Shown here: positions 1 to 14,082 of the stretch, piece by piece
Layout of the letters: each line of letters begins with the position of its first letter
How positions within the stretch are numbered: the first letter of the stretch is position 1
Assembly: GCF_006345805.1 (NCBI RefSeq)
Contig: NC_042999.1
Location: forward strand, 79,484,001 to 79,548,000
Source of the DNA: Octopus sinensis
Lineage: Eukaryota
Length of the DNA stretch: 64,000 bases
Direction: 5' to 3'
Position numbers and translations under genes: made by a program
Notes under the pieces: model-generated
What the model was told of the DNA's origin: nothing
The model's database searches: none
The model's input: only the letters and a program-made list of their open reading frames with translations

Positions 1-48
1 GGTCCCCTCCCCCAAAATCTCGGGGCTTGTGCCAAAAGTAGAAAAGTA
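1..48 (+). mobile_element. 3' tail of tRNA-derived SINE (family B), cut by window edge
   Basis: GGTCCCCTCCCCCAAAAT..GGGGCTTGTGCC..AGTAGAAAAG resembles the tails at 46799-46845 and 57729-57777. Confidence 0.6.
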
Positions 49-842
49 TATTCTTAGGGTTCCACTGAGCGTTAGTCCTTGTTAACATCGAGTTTCAGCT
101 CCCCATTTTATAAAGGGATGATAAACATCCCAGTACGTAGGGCGAAACTTCGGATGATGTGGTTTTTATTGCACATTTGAGGAGATGTAAGCCCCACATT
201 TACCTCTTCAACAATCCGTTTGGTATTTGTGCATCAAAACAAGAGTTATTTCCCCGAGGCTGGTGAATATAGCTAGGAGACTGCATACGCATACGATCGG
301 TAGTCAGAGCAAGTTCACGATAGCCAAGCTTGCACAAATCATTTCCAGTTGCAGTTCAATGAGATGCGGGTCAATTTAGGAGTCTTTGCTTTGCCGTTCA
401 ACCTGCTGTGAGTGGTAGCTAAGACAATTTTAATACTCATCCTACTGTCTTAACAAACAAAGACTGAATATGCATATCGCGGGACAGCACACTTTCAATA
501 AAAGAAAAAAATTACCCTTGATTGTTCAATGAAGGAAGCCGAATTAACAATAACGACGATGAGCATAACAACAATCGCAAATAAATGAGTTTTATGGAAC
601 CAGGTTTTATAAAAAATAAAATTTTTCTGGACACAAGAAAGGAAGTTTGGTTCCAAAATCAGCCACTAGCCCGACCCTATGCGTTAGTTGAACCAGTGTT
701 GTCTACATTGCCGCTTAGTAACTAGAGCTGTGGTTTCGATCATTGCTTAAGGTGAGTGGCGTAAGTAGATGATGACAGCTGAATAGAATGAAACAAGTTT
801 GTTTATCCTATGATTTCTCGCCTTTCTTTAAGATTAAGAGTA

Positions 843-876
<34 letters not shown>

Positions 877-1485
877 TCTAATAAATAAGATTTATACCTT
901 GGCATGCATTGTTGACGCTTAGTTGATTTGGCATTGACAAAATCTGACACGGTCTTGTCTGTCTATACACATGTGCACCCCACTCTTTCACATACACACA
1001 CACACACACACAACACACACACACACACACACACACTCACTCACTCACTCTCTCACTCTCTCTCTCACGCATACACATATATTTCAGTGCAAATAGGAAG
1101 GCCTTAACGACAGCTGCATCATATAAAAGCTATTTTTGTATTACATTATAATATCAATGTGTAAATCTCCCTTGGAAATTTACCTGTTTCTATTCTCCAT
1201 TTTTTCATTAAATGCAATCAATAGTAAGACAGAATTGATTAAGACTCCCACTGTATCGTATGTCACTCGGCGAAATCGATTTTTCTAACCTCGCTTCCCT
1301 TACAATTGCTCGTGCGGCCATCGTTTTTCATGCAATGTCTGATTACCTGCTGGCTGTTGTAATTGCATGTAAAGCAACAAATCAACGGTAAATTATGCTG
1401 ATTTCTTCAGCTAATAAAGCTACTTGTGTTACTACTAGCAGCACCACTGCTGCTGCAACTAATAGTACTCCTGTTGCACGTATAA

Positions 1486-1570
<85 letters not shown>

Positions 1571-2366
1571 CACATTTATCCATACATTGGCACACTACAG
1601 AGGTGACTCCTTGTAATCAAGTCAGAGTAGGAAGTATTAGAATTCAAAGCCATATAATCGAGGTAGACTACTTATAGTGTATGTGTTCCGTCTTACGGTT
1701 TCTCATAAAAATGAACTGTTTATATTAAAATCGTTTTTTTCTGCATTCATGTAGGAAACACCCTTGAATATATATATATATATATATATAATCCAAATTC
1801 TAAATTATCATCCTCCTTAGCAACAAATACACACAACCTCAAATCACAAAATATTCCATAAACCCTATCCTGGTCTATAATAAGCAAAGCTCGCCCATAC
1901 AATGCAAACATAGGCAAGTGTAAGTCATGTCTAAAAGAATCATTAACCATCCTTCGCCATCATAACTCCTAATTGCTTAATAGATTCTGTGATTGTTATT
2001 TATTTTTGTAAGCACAGGTACTACCCATCTTTCACACACTTCGTCAAATCTATGTAATCCCATAATAAGTTTCCATACCCACAAAAACCTTGAACTAAGA
2101 CAAAGCCAGCCTTTCAACCTGTTACTTAAAAAATGCTAACCCTCGCCCTCTTATTCTTCCACATACATATGTACATTTTTTTGTATTAAATGTATTTAAT
2201 ATTTTTTGTTTATCGACTTGCCTAACTTGCTTTTCTTTAAATTTACTCCTCTACTTGCTGAAGCTGAAATCTCTTGAGCACTATAAGGCGTATTCTATAC
2301 AGAGAATATGTGTCTCTAATCTTTAAACAATATATATATATTATATATGCGTGTGTGTGTGTGTGT

Positions 2367-2426
<60 letters not shown>

Positions 2427-2500
2427 GTATATATATATGTATATGTATATACATATATGCATGTTTGAGTGTGTGTGATTGTGTGTGTGTGTGTGTGTGT

Positions 2501-4145
2501 GAAACGAAGCTGATTTCGGTTTTGATACATAACCAAGATGAATGAACTTACTTGCAGAATGCACTTACAGAACTACAACAGAACATGATATTTTCTCTTG
2601 CCCGTTTTTTTTTAGAGTAATACTGGATATTTGGGCTTCCTTCGATGACGTCAGGTTGCTGTCCCGTTTACTGGAAGCTATTCTTGTTAATATAAATTAT
2701 CTGTTCTTATTTTGTGCGCATTGTAAATCCCCACATTTGTTTCTGCTCTGTTTTTTTTTGTTTTTTTTTTTAGGTGTCCGACCATATGGCTAATATGGAA
2801 ATCGCAATAAGGATGCTTTCTTACAAAGCCACACGATCAGAAATTTTGATGGAAGAGAAAAGACAGCCATATATTTATCTAGAATTTGTTTGGTTGTTTA
2901 TTTTTTTCCTGGCGAAATATAAATATGAAGAGTTGTGATTGCCTCTGAACTAGGAAGCCATTCAAGGAAATTCCCAGATCAAATATCTCTCTGACCACTA
3001 TTGACAAAAGTCGTTGCATAGCTTTTATTCTCTAGTATGTTAAGAGTCATTATATTCTCTATTTTTGCGCTAGTCATGTATCTTCTGACAAATTCATTGG
3101 AAGAGAGCACTTCCTTTATCACCCTTACATGTCTGTTCTCAATTCTTCTAGCCTCATCAACCACACAATCTCTTTCACCATATCCATCAGACTGAGAGCA
3201 ATCTTGCCCCATCCAGTTGGAAGAGAGCAGCATAGCTTTTATTCTGATGATTCGGTCGATAACACACGGTAACAATGCCTGGACACTGTGGGAGTGCATG
3301 TTGTGTAGTTTTGTCGTTTTGAGGGGTTTAGGACACCCACCTTGCGGTAATTCCATCCTTTTATCCGCCTGTGCCAGTTAGCAATGCCAAGCTAGTGAAT
3401 TTTTGGAAATTATCCATTGCAGTCTCCATCTCAGAAGCCCTCTGAAACAGATCACTAGTTCACATTGATAAACGTCTAGAGTTTCTCTGAAGTTATCCTG
3501 TCAATCACTACTCTTCTTCACTTGCTCAAGTGGAACTTCCACTGACTGCATTAGTAACCTGTCAAAAGGCGTTGCCACCAGATGTTTTATCAATGGAAAA
3601 CATCTTCTCTTAAGGCTCCAATCTGGTCAGACGAGGATTAGGACACCCACAAATAACAGTTCAAAATACACAATAATTTTTTTCTTACGAGAAATACGGC
3701 AAATTAAGGATGTCAATCGTCTCAGCTTAAACAGACATACATACTTGTAAAAAATAAAAATGTTTAAATACGATGACTCAGACGCACACACTGCTATACA
3801 GATATAATGAAAATATATTCACACCAGCTGCGACTTGCATATATGACAACCAACGGCAGTAACAACATCAGCATTCAGATATGTTATGAAACCAATTTGA
3901 TTTCCAATATAATTCCTATCTACACTTCCCATTTACCTACCTGTCCAGAGACGTACTAATTAATTAAATAGAGAATTGCAGGTGTAGTATTTATTGTGTT
4001 ATTTACTACGGCTGTTCATTATGTAAGTAATTATTGTGCCAGTCAGGTTTTGCCAATAATTATTAAAATATATGTGTGTCTGTGTGTCGTATATAAAAAG
4101 CTAAACAGCAGGCATCATTTCCACTAACGTAGCATTTGTAGAAGA

Positions 4146-4215
<70 letters not shown>

Positions 4216-4226
4216 TGTGTGTGTGT
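2501..4226. repeat. Tandem segmental duplication, copy 1 (period about 1726 bp)
   Basis: GAAACGAAGCTGATTTCGG at 2501 recurs at 4227; the two copies are near-identical through to the (TA)n(TG)n tract. Confidence 0.95.
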
Positions 4227-5869
4227 GAAACGAAGCTGATTTCGGTTTTGATACATAACCAAGATGAATGAACTTACTTGCAGAATGCACTTACAGAACT
4301 ACAACAGAACATGATATTTTCTCTTGCCCGTTTTTTTTTAGAGTAATACTGGATATTTGGGCTTCCTTCGATGACGTCAGGTTGCTGTCCCGTTTACTGG
4401 AAGCTATTCTTGTTAATATAAATTATCTGTTCTTATTTTGTGCGCATTGTAAATCCCCACATTTGTTTCTGCTCTGTTTTTTTTTGTTTTTTTTTTTAGG
4501 TGTCCGACCATATGGCTAATATGGAAATCGCAATAAGGATGCTTTCTTACAAAGCCACACGATCAGAAATTTTGATGGAAGAGAAAAGACAGCCATATAT
4601 TTATCTAGAATTTGTTTGGTTGTTTATTTTTTCCTGGCGAAATATAAATATGAAGAGTTGTGATTGCCTCTGAACTAGGAAGCCATTCAAGGAAATTCCC
4701 AGATCAAATATCTCTCTGACCACTATTGACAAAAGTCGTTGCATAGCTTTTATTCTCTAGTATGTTAAGAGTCATTATATTCTCTATTTTTGCGCTAGTC
4801 ATGTATCTTCTGACAAATTCATTGGAAGAGAGCACTTCCTTTATCACCCTTACATGTCTGTTCTCAATTCTTCTAGCCTCATCAACCACACAATCTCTTT
4901 CACCATATCCATCAGACTGGAGAGCAATCTTGCCCCATCCAGTTGGAAGAGAGCAGCGCTTTTATTCCTGATGATTCGGTCGATAACACACGGTAACAAT
5001 GCCTGGACACTGTGGGAGTGCATGTTGTGTAGTTTTGTCGTTTTGAGGGGTTTAGGACACCCACCTTGCGGTAATTCCATCCTTTTATCCGCCTGTGCCA
5101 GTTAGCAATGCCAAGCTAGTGAATTTTTGGAAATTATCCATTGCAGTCTCCATCTCAGAAGCCCTCTGAAACAGATCACTAGTTCACATTGATAAACGTC
5201 TAGAGTTTCTCTGAAGTTATCCTGTCAATCACTACTCTTCTTCACTTGCTCAAGTGGAACTTCCACTGACTGCATTAGTAACCTGTCAAAAGGCGTTGCC
5301 ACCAGATGTTTTATCAATGGAAAACATCTTCTCTTAAGGCTCCAATCTGGTCAGACGAGGATTAGGACACCCACAAATAACAGTTCAAAATACACAATAA
5401 TTTTTTTCTTACGAGAAATACGGCAAATTAAGGATGTCAATCGTCTCAGCTTAAACAGACATACATACTTGTAAAAAATAAAAATGTTTAAATACGATGA
5501 CTCAGACGCACACACTGCTATACAGATATAATGAAAATATATTCACACCAGCTGCGACTTGCATATATGACAACCAACGGCAGTAACAACATCAGCATTC
5601 AGATATGTTATGAAACCAATTTGATTTCCAATATAATTCCTATCTACACTTCCCATTTACCTACCTGTCCAGAGACGTACTAATTAATTAAATAGAGAAT
5701 TGCAGGTGTAGTATTTATTGTGTTATTTACTACGGCTGTTCATTATGTAAGTAATTATTGTGCCAGTCAGGTTTTGCCAATAATTATTAAAATATATGTG
5801 TGTCTGTGTGTCGTATATAAAAAGCTAAACAGCAGGCATCATTTCCACTAACGTAGCATTTGTAGAAGA

Positions 5870-5959
<90 letters not shown>

Positions 5960-5966
5960 TGTGTGT
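4227..5966. repeat. Tandem segmental duplication, copy 2
   Basis: Matches 2501-4226 apart from a few small indels and microsatellite length; ends in (TG)n. Confidence 0.95.
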
Positions 5967-6210
5967 AGGTGCATGATTGTATGTATTATGTATGTACGTA
6001 TGTATGTATTTATACATACACGTAAACACATTGCGGTTGATTATTTACAAGATTTAAATTCTATCGTCCTTTATGAGATTTTGTAGATCAATGTGGACTA
6101 TGTAGATCAAAGATTTGCTATTTGTAGAAGAGGTATAGGCTCGGTCATTTTCTTTTACTTATCACTTTTACAATTCACATGAGTGTGTGTGTGTGTATTT
6201 ATACATGAAC

Positions 6211-6251
<41 letters not shown>

Positions 6252-7577
6252 CTTATAACTACATATGTATATATAACTACAAATGCTCAATGAGATTCAA
6301 TATGCGGAAAATATAAGCCTAATTTTACATTGGACAGACACAAAACTACCCGGCTTCCATGAAGTCTGAGCACGTATCGACAATAAGCAGCCATTGCGAC
6401 ACATCATTTTACACAGGATACACCCCTCTCTCTCTACATCTCTACATACACAAATATGTTTGTCCCTATGCGTATATATGCATACATACATACATACATA
6501 CATACATGCATACATACATGCATACATACATACATGCACACATACACACACGCATACATATATAAATATATATATATATATACTTACACACACATACACC
6601 ACACATTAGTCGATAATACAAATTAACGATTAGTCAAAACAACTGAAAGATTAGTCATGGAAGTTATATTAATAGGAACATATAACAAAAAACTCATCAC
6701 AGAAATAACGTGAGTTATTAACAAAATGGCAATAGACACCATGGACAAACGATTTCCTGATTGCTGAAAGAAACTTGACGACGATATCCAATAAATTTAA
6801 TGTCCAATGAAGAAAAGATATAGCGGCTATAACAAATAAATGAGAAAGCCTCCTTTTGCTCATTCCACTGTTTAGAAATAGTTCCAGAATCTCTCTTGAT
6901 GTATTCGCTAATGTCTTAAACATTCAATGACATATTTGGATTTTAGGTTCGATCGATCAGTACTGATCTTAGACTAAACAACCGAATGAATACCAATTGA
7001 AGTAAATAATAGTATGTAAATAAATGATTTTCAAATAGATGAGTAATTAAGCCGGTGTAAATAAAATAATTTAGTTCTATTGCAGATGCCACTAGGAATA
7101 TCTTGACTCGTCAACAAGAATAGGAAAATTGATAGACTAAACCGGGCATGTAAGGAATAATAATAGGATATGAAATTTCTGAATTTTAAAAGAAAATTAA
7201 GCAGAAATGAATTTTATTTATATTAACACGTATATAAAAAGCAAGCTGTTCCCCACGTAATTACTCACCTACAAGTATTTATGTGTGTGTGTGTGTGTAT
7301 ATATATATAAATATGGAAGTATGTATGCATATATATTTTATACATGTGAAGATATATATTTAAAATCCACTAGGAAGTACCAAATGTAACAATAAAATAG
7401 ATATTAAATTACCGCAGTAAATTAAATTGATGTATGTCTTAATAACTCAATATTCGTACTTCGTCGTATATTTTGAGTGTATACCTTTGCATGCATGTTA
7501 GGTAATATAATTTCAGTTCTGCGTTAAAGCATTTAACATTGGTCATAAAAATATAGATAAATCTATACACAAATTCG

Positions 7578-7680
<103 letters not shown>

Positions 7681-7764
7681 CTATCTGTCTCTCTGACTGC
7701 CTGCCTGCCTGTCTGTCTATCTGTCTCTCTGACTGCCTGCCTGCCTGTCTGTCTATCTGTTTCT

Positions 7765-7810
<46 letters not shown>

Positions 7811-8423
7811 TATATATATATAACGCACAGGAATAGGGATTTCAATTCCAAGCAGATACCATAAGAGCACTTTGTTAAGAGCCACCTGTATAGGAATCAC
7901 CATAAAAAAATATTGTGTGGGATTCTCAAGCTTTGAACCAGAGTTTGTACTGAAATTGCATGAATAGAAATCGATTAGCTGTCGGAATTTAATATGCAAA
8001 AAAAATCATTTTAATTACATAGATGTTAAAAGTGTGCAATTCACCATCCTTCATTATCTGGTCTTGACATAGTGGTTAATTATAAATATATTGTAATAAT
8101 AAAGGAGAGAACTCAATAGTTCATTACTGTTACTGAATAGTTCAACATTTCACAGTAATAATTTCATCCCGGGCAGGAATCCTTATGCAGTGGGATTTTT
8201 TGAAATGTGGATTGTATATTTTTGGCTCGAAAGTATGACGTTTTATGGTGTGGTTGGTTTCTTTTAAGGATTGGTATTATTTGTGCTCTCCTTGATTTCC
8301 GAGCAGTGATTTTGTGTGCCTTACTACGTTGGCGTGTGATCGATGAACTGTAAAAATTACTGTGTATACAAAAGGTGAATGTACATACATACATACATAT
8401 ATACATACATACATGCGTTTGCA

Positions 8424-9075
8424 ATCCAGGAACAGGAAATATCGACCAAATACCTGATGCACAAAAGGGATAGAGATGCAGGAAAAGCAGTAAAATGTGA
8501 CAACCGATGCAGAGTTTCTTAAGTTCACACTGAAGATATCATCCACTCCACATCATAAACAGTCGTCCGAAAATGTCATCACGGTATTATCTACCGATGA
8601 GACTCTTGAATGAAATCCATCGGAAGGATAATTCCAAGTGCAAAGAAATAAGAACCCACAATATGGTAAAAGATTTAGCCACTCATAATAAAAAGGAATA
8701 CCGGTGGAATGTCTCAGTGAAGACCTCAATAAACTGTAAGCACAACAGACCTGATATAATGATTTGAGATTGGGTACAGAATCTGTGCACAGTTGTGGAA
8801 ATTAGCTGCCCAGCGGATGCTAACATAAAACTGAAGGTCAGTAAAAAATAGAACAACTATGCTGAACTATTGAGAAATCTGCAGTTAGTCCATCCAGATT
8901 ACAAGTTCAATTTTATACCTGTAATTATTGGGGCCCTGAGATATGTAATACACTGCCTAAATATAAATGTTGAGAAATTAGGCTTCTGAAAATTAGAAAG
9001 GAGAAACCTAATTCGAAGACTACAGATCCAATCCATCACTGGAACTGTAAAAATCTGTATGAAAGTTTCCAGAAA
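8424..9075 (+). pseudogene. Decayed 3' fragment of an RLE-type non-LTR retrotransposon (R4/Dong/NeSL-like): zinc-knuckle remnant plus restriction-like endonuclease
   Basis: Broken translation ..KMSSRYYLPMR..WNVSVKTSINCKHNRPDIMI..CTVVEISCPAD..NNYAELLRNLQ..FIPVIIGAL..RRLQIQSITGTVKIC fits the PD-(D/E)xK RLE C-terminus; stops and frameshifts present. Confidence 0.8.
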
Positions 9076-9927
9076 TATATACTTAAAACGCCCAGTTTGA
9101 GAATCGAAACCGCGATCCTACAACTGAGAGTCTGCTGCCCTAACTGCACTATATATATATATATATATACGTACATACATACATACATACATACATGCAT
9201 ACATATGTGTGTGTGTGTGTGTTATTTAGAGATAGACGTCCCCATGCAATTCATCAAATCCTAATATACATCACAACATATCATAGAATTTTATTTTAAT
9301 ACTTACTAATCAGTTCTAAATTTCTATTCTACATTTGTTTCATGAGGTGCGTTTAACGCTCCCTAGACACTCAGTCTGAGTGTAGAAGTGTTTTGCTCAA
9401 GAACACAACGCATCGCCCGGTCCATGAATCGAAACCACAACCTTACGATCATGAGTTCAACACCCTAACAACTAAACCACGCGCCTCCACACACACACAC
9501 ACACACACAGACATATAGCAAAAGGAGAGGGTGTTACCACGCAGGAAAAAATATAGGGAAATATGTTGTTAAAAATGCTCCTAAATTTCAAAAACTCGTA
9601 AATGTTTAATTTATTTACATATTTACCAAACTAGTTTCAACAATATTTTTTATTTATCAATGGTAAAAGTTTAAAATTATGAATTAGAAAAACATCTTTA
9701 AAAGTATCAATGAAACCAAATTAGAACATTCCAATGTTGACAAATTAAAATGTTTCAATCTTGACAAATTAACATGTTAAAAACAGAAACATTTAGCATT
9801 ATGAAGTAGGAGGACAGGTGTAAGTTTGAATATTCATAACAGTCAATAATATTAAAACTATATATCAATTTGTTTGAACGTACAAAGCTCATTAATGTTA
9901 GTGGTGATCGAAAGTCATACTGAGTTA

Positions 9928-10144
9928 AGAGGGAAAAACACAAGAGAGAAGAGAAATGAAAATAGTAAAAAAAGGGAATTTAGTTTAGAGCTGCACTGAT
10001 CCACTTTCCGTAGACGCTTTCGCTTCTGTGTGTATATATATATACACAAGCGAAAGCGTCTACGGAAAGTGGATCAAAGAAATTCTAAACTAAATTCCCT
10101 TTTTTTACTATTTTCATTATTTCTCTTCTCTCTTGTGTTTTTCC

Positions 10145-10148
<4 letters not shown>
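9928..10148. repeat. About 220-bp fold-back palindrome centred on a (TA)n/(CA) core
   Basis: 9997-10025 TGATCCACTTTCCGTAGACGCTTTCGCTT is the exact reverse complement of 10048-10076; outer arms AGAGGGAAAAACACAAG.. and ..CTTGTGTTTTTCCCTCT also pair. Confidence 0.92.
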
Positions 10149-10184
<36 letters not shown>

Positions 10185-10320
10185 CCGAAATCTGCGATGA
10201 GGGATCAGTTTCTGACTGAAGAATGAAGGCTTTGAATGACCCGTTTGTTTTTTTGTTCGTCCCTTCGTGTATTTCACGTTATTTATTTATGTAAAGGTTA
10301 TTATATATGTGCATATGTAT

Positions 10321-10389
<69 letters not shown>

Positions 10390-10392
10390 GTG

Positions 10393-10441
<49 letters not shown>

Positions 10442-10442
10442 G

Positions 10443-10492
<50 letters not shown>

Positions 10493-10498
10493 CACATA

Positions 10499-11750
10499 TT
10501 GGGTCATCCCATAAATATAAAGCAATTTTTTTCAGTTGCATGAACTAAAAGTTGAAGGGGGACAGGATAACCTACCTGCATCAACTTGCTATAAAAGCAG
10601 GTAGTAATTTTACCTTGTCCTTATTCTTAGTGAAAGTTTTGAAGAGTGCAGTTCGGTCTTAACAGTTATTTTTTCAAAGCTGTAATGGAAGTGACAAGGG
10701 AGCATATTCGGTATATTTTGCTTTATGAGTTCAATAAAGGCAACAACGCAAGGGAAAGTTCGAGGAATATTAACGCAGTATATGATGATCGGACAATAAG
10801 CGTAAGCCAGTGTCAACAGTGGTTTCAGAAATATCCAGCCGAAAACTACGGCGTAGAAGACCAGCCTCGTTGTGAAAGATCTGTAGAGCTCGACGAGGAT
10901 TCCCTGCAAATACTGGTGGAACTAGCAGAGAAGCTTGGATTTAGTCATTCAACTATTCATCAACATCTGCGTGCCATCGGAAAAGTCAGCAAATGGGGTC
11001 AATGGGTTGCTCACAAACTTTTCCAGTCTAATCGAGCGCTGAGAGTGAATGTGAGCTCTTCTTTACTGTCATGTCTCACGAATGAACTGTTTCTGGGCCG
11101 AACAGAGACTGGTAACGAGAAATGGGTTCTATAAAAAATGGCAAGCACAGAAGATAGTGGGTAGGTAAAGGAGAAACACTGGCACGCCAGGCTAAAGAAG
11201 TTCTTCACCCACGTAAGGTGTTGTTATCTGTTTGGTGGAATATGAAAGGTTGAGTCTACTTTGAACTTTTAAACCCAAACCAAGAGATAACAAAGGAGAT
11301 CTACTGCGAGTTTTTTTAGCGGCTTAAGTCAGAAAAATGACCATCTTTGGTTTCAAGATGAAAGGTTTTCTTCCATCAGGATATTGCTCGACCACATAGA
11401 GCGAAGATGACATTCCAAAAGCTGGATCAGTTTGAATGGGAAACGATGCTCCACCCACTATATTCGAGGGGGATTGCTCCGTTGGATTATCATGTATTCC
11501 GCAGTCTTCAAAATCATTTGGACAGAAGAATATGATTTCTGTAGACGAGGTCAGAACAATACTGGAGGAGTATTTCTCGTCACGAACAAGTGAATTTTCG
11601 AAGAGGAGTCGTGCAAGTCTACCAGATAGATGGAAGAGCATTTTAGAAAATGAATGAGAGTATATTTTAGATTAAAATAGAGCTTAGTTTATCTTAATTT
11701 TGAAAAATGTAAGAATTATAAAAAACCGCATTATTTATGGGATGAACCAA
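10499..11750 (+). mobile_element. Full-length decayed mariner (Tc1/mariner, DD34D-type) DNA transposon
   Basis: TIRs TTGGGTCATCCCATAAAT.. and ..ATTTATGGGATGAACCAA, each flanked by TA; about 1.25 kb long. Confidence 0.93.
10685..11675 (+). pseudogene. Mariner transposase pseudogene
   Basis: MEVTREHIRYILLYEF N-terminal HTH; WVAHKL (WVPHEL), TGNEKWVL (TGDEKW), HQDIARPH (HDNARPH), HPLYSRGIAPLDYHVF (YSPDLAPSDY); multiple stops and frameshifts. Confidence 0.92.
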
Positions 11751-12721
11751 TATATATATATATATATATATTCATATGTGTGTGAGTTAGTGTGTGTGTG
11801 CGTGTGTAAATGTAGCTAGGGTGTTAGGAAACACCTACATTGCTAGAAATTTATATATGTATATGTATATATATGCACACACACATACATATATATATAT
11901 GTATATGTATATATATGTTTGTGTGTGTGTCTGTGTATCTATGTATCTTTTTCTAATCACAAAAGCATGCGTTTTTTACATAACCAATTGACCAGTCCAC
12001 TCATATATACACATTCTCAAACTAACAGAAAAAACATTTCTTCCAAGAAAAATAAATAAAAATGAAAACAAATTCTTACAGAAAAAAAAAAATAAATAAA
12101 GCCAACCACAACGTGACACCCCGCACGAAATTCTGTTAAAAAGCTAAAACTTTCATTTCAAAAAAAGTTCCCTTGTTCGAAGATTCCGACTTTAGATGAA
12201 ACTACTAGTTACTTTCAGGCGTTGAAATTTACAATGCCAACATATTACAAAATTTAGCAATAGGCAGAACAATATATATCGCGTAGCGACAAACCGAAAA
12301 ATACAATTACTGGTCTACATAATAGCAACCACGACACGATACCACCCCCTGGTTATCTAACAATATATTGAAATGGCAAAGAAATAATGAGAAGTATAAA
12401 TAACAGTAATAACAATAACAACGTCCGTAACAACAATGTATATGGTTAACAGAAATTCACTCCTTACCGCGTGATTCGAGTTATAGCAAATTATATATAT
12501 ATATCGTCAATACAAATAAACGGATAAAAAGTGAGAAAAAAGAAAAGAGAAAATACAACGAACGTGAGGGTGTGCGCAAGAAGTATATTAGCTTGACGTT
12601 CGGTGAAAGGAGAGAATTTAACGTTTCGAGCACAACTCATTGTCGGAAAGGAGAAACGGAAAACTCCAAAGAAGGAGAAGTAGCGAACGGGCCACGTGTA
12701 GTTAGATTGCTGAATACATAT

Positions 12722-12764
<43 letters not shown>

Positions 12765-13721
12765 AACACACACACACAAACACGAACACATATACACACA
12801 CACAAACACACACACACATGCGCACACGTAGTGAACAGCTGACACCGCAATACATCTCCAGCGTTAGAAGCTGTGCAAATGCAATGATAATAATATTTTA
12901 AAATCCGTACTTATTCCTTATTTGTTTACTTTTTGTCTTTTGTTGGGGTAGGAGAGTGATCTCGGTATTTAGTTGATATTTTTAAGCAGTTGTTAATGAC
13001 TTGGCATAATCACTCAGGTACAAAACTGGCTTTTGATACGATCTAATATCATTGCAATTTTCATTCTATGCACGTTGGAAGATGAGAAATCGTGTTGATA
13101 GATATTCGACAACAGAAAATCTTTCATTCCAATTACATGAGTGATTAAAAAATCCAGTGGCTAGTTAAAAGGTCAATTTCCGTAATAGCAATCAGGAATA
13201 TCCTATAAGAAAATATAAACACACGTCTACCAAACGTAGAAGATTGCAGAGAAAATATTTGCAGCAGTTTCTCTGATATCAGTGCAAAATACAGTGAATC
13301 TGCGAGTCAAATGGGAAAGTGAGGTTAATTTAGATGCCAGATGAGTTGCTAATAATAAAAGACAAATGTCTGAAAAAAACAAGTGAATGTCTTTAAGAAA
13401 TATCACATACTAGAAAATGCAATATCGTATGCGTAAAGTAGTAGAAGTATTATAATGATGTGGACAATAAAAGTGGTGCCTGGAAAGAAGAATAGTACAT
13501 CACACCGTTGTATAGCCCAGTAACACCGTGGCATTTATTTAAGTCTAACAGCAAACGCTTTCAGAAGCAGGTTAAATCAATTAAGTCGCTCGTTCCGTCA
13601 GTGCTGATCCGGAACCATGTGGTTGGGAAGAAAGCTTCTTACCACATAGTCACGCCTGCGCCTATACATACATACATACATACATACATACATACATACA
13701 TACATACATACATACATACAT

Positions 13722-14082
13722 AATGGAAGCACTCTGTCGGTTACGACGACGAGGGTTCCGGTTGATCCGATCAACGGAACAGCCTGCTCGTGAAATTAAC
13801 GTGTAAGTGGTTGAGCACTCCACAGACACGTGTACCCTTAACGTAGTTCTCGGGGATATTCAGCGTGGCACAGAGAGTGACAAGGCCGGCCCTTTGAAAT
13901 ACAGGTACAACAGAAATAGGAAGTAAGAGTGAGAGAAAGTTGTGGTGAAAGAGTACAGCAGAGATCACCACCATCCCTGCTGGAGCCTCGTGGAGCTTTA
14001 GGTGTTTTCGCTCAATAAACACTCACAACGCCCGGTCTGGGAATCGAAACCGCGATCCTACGACCGCGAGTCCGCTGTCCTA
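13722..14082 (-). mobile_element. tRNA-derived SINE, family C (5'-truncated)
   Basis: Minus strand has a B-box-like GGTTTCGATTCC head; body is homologous to 46910-47222 (+) and to head fragments at about 9085-9150, 9385-9490 and 17700-17840. Confidence 0.8.

Noticed and set aside
2979-3356. ELPQGGCPKPL resembling RT motif G.PQG, and PSSWKRA on the opposite strand
   Set aside because: The two hints are on opposite strands and no YADD or other RT motif follows.
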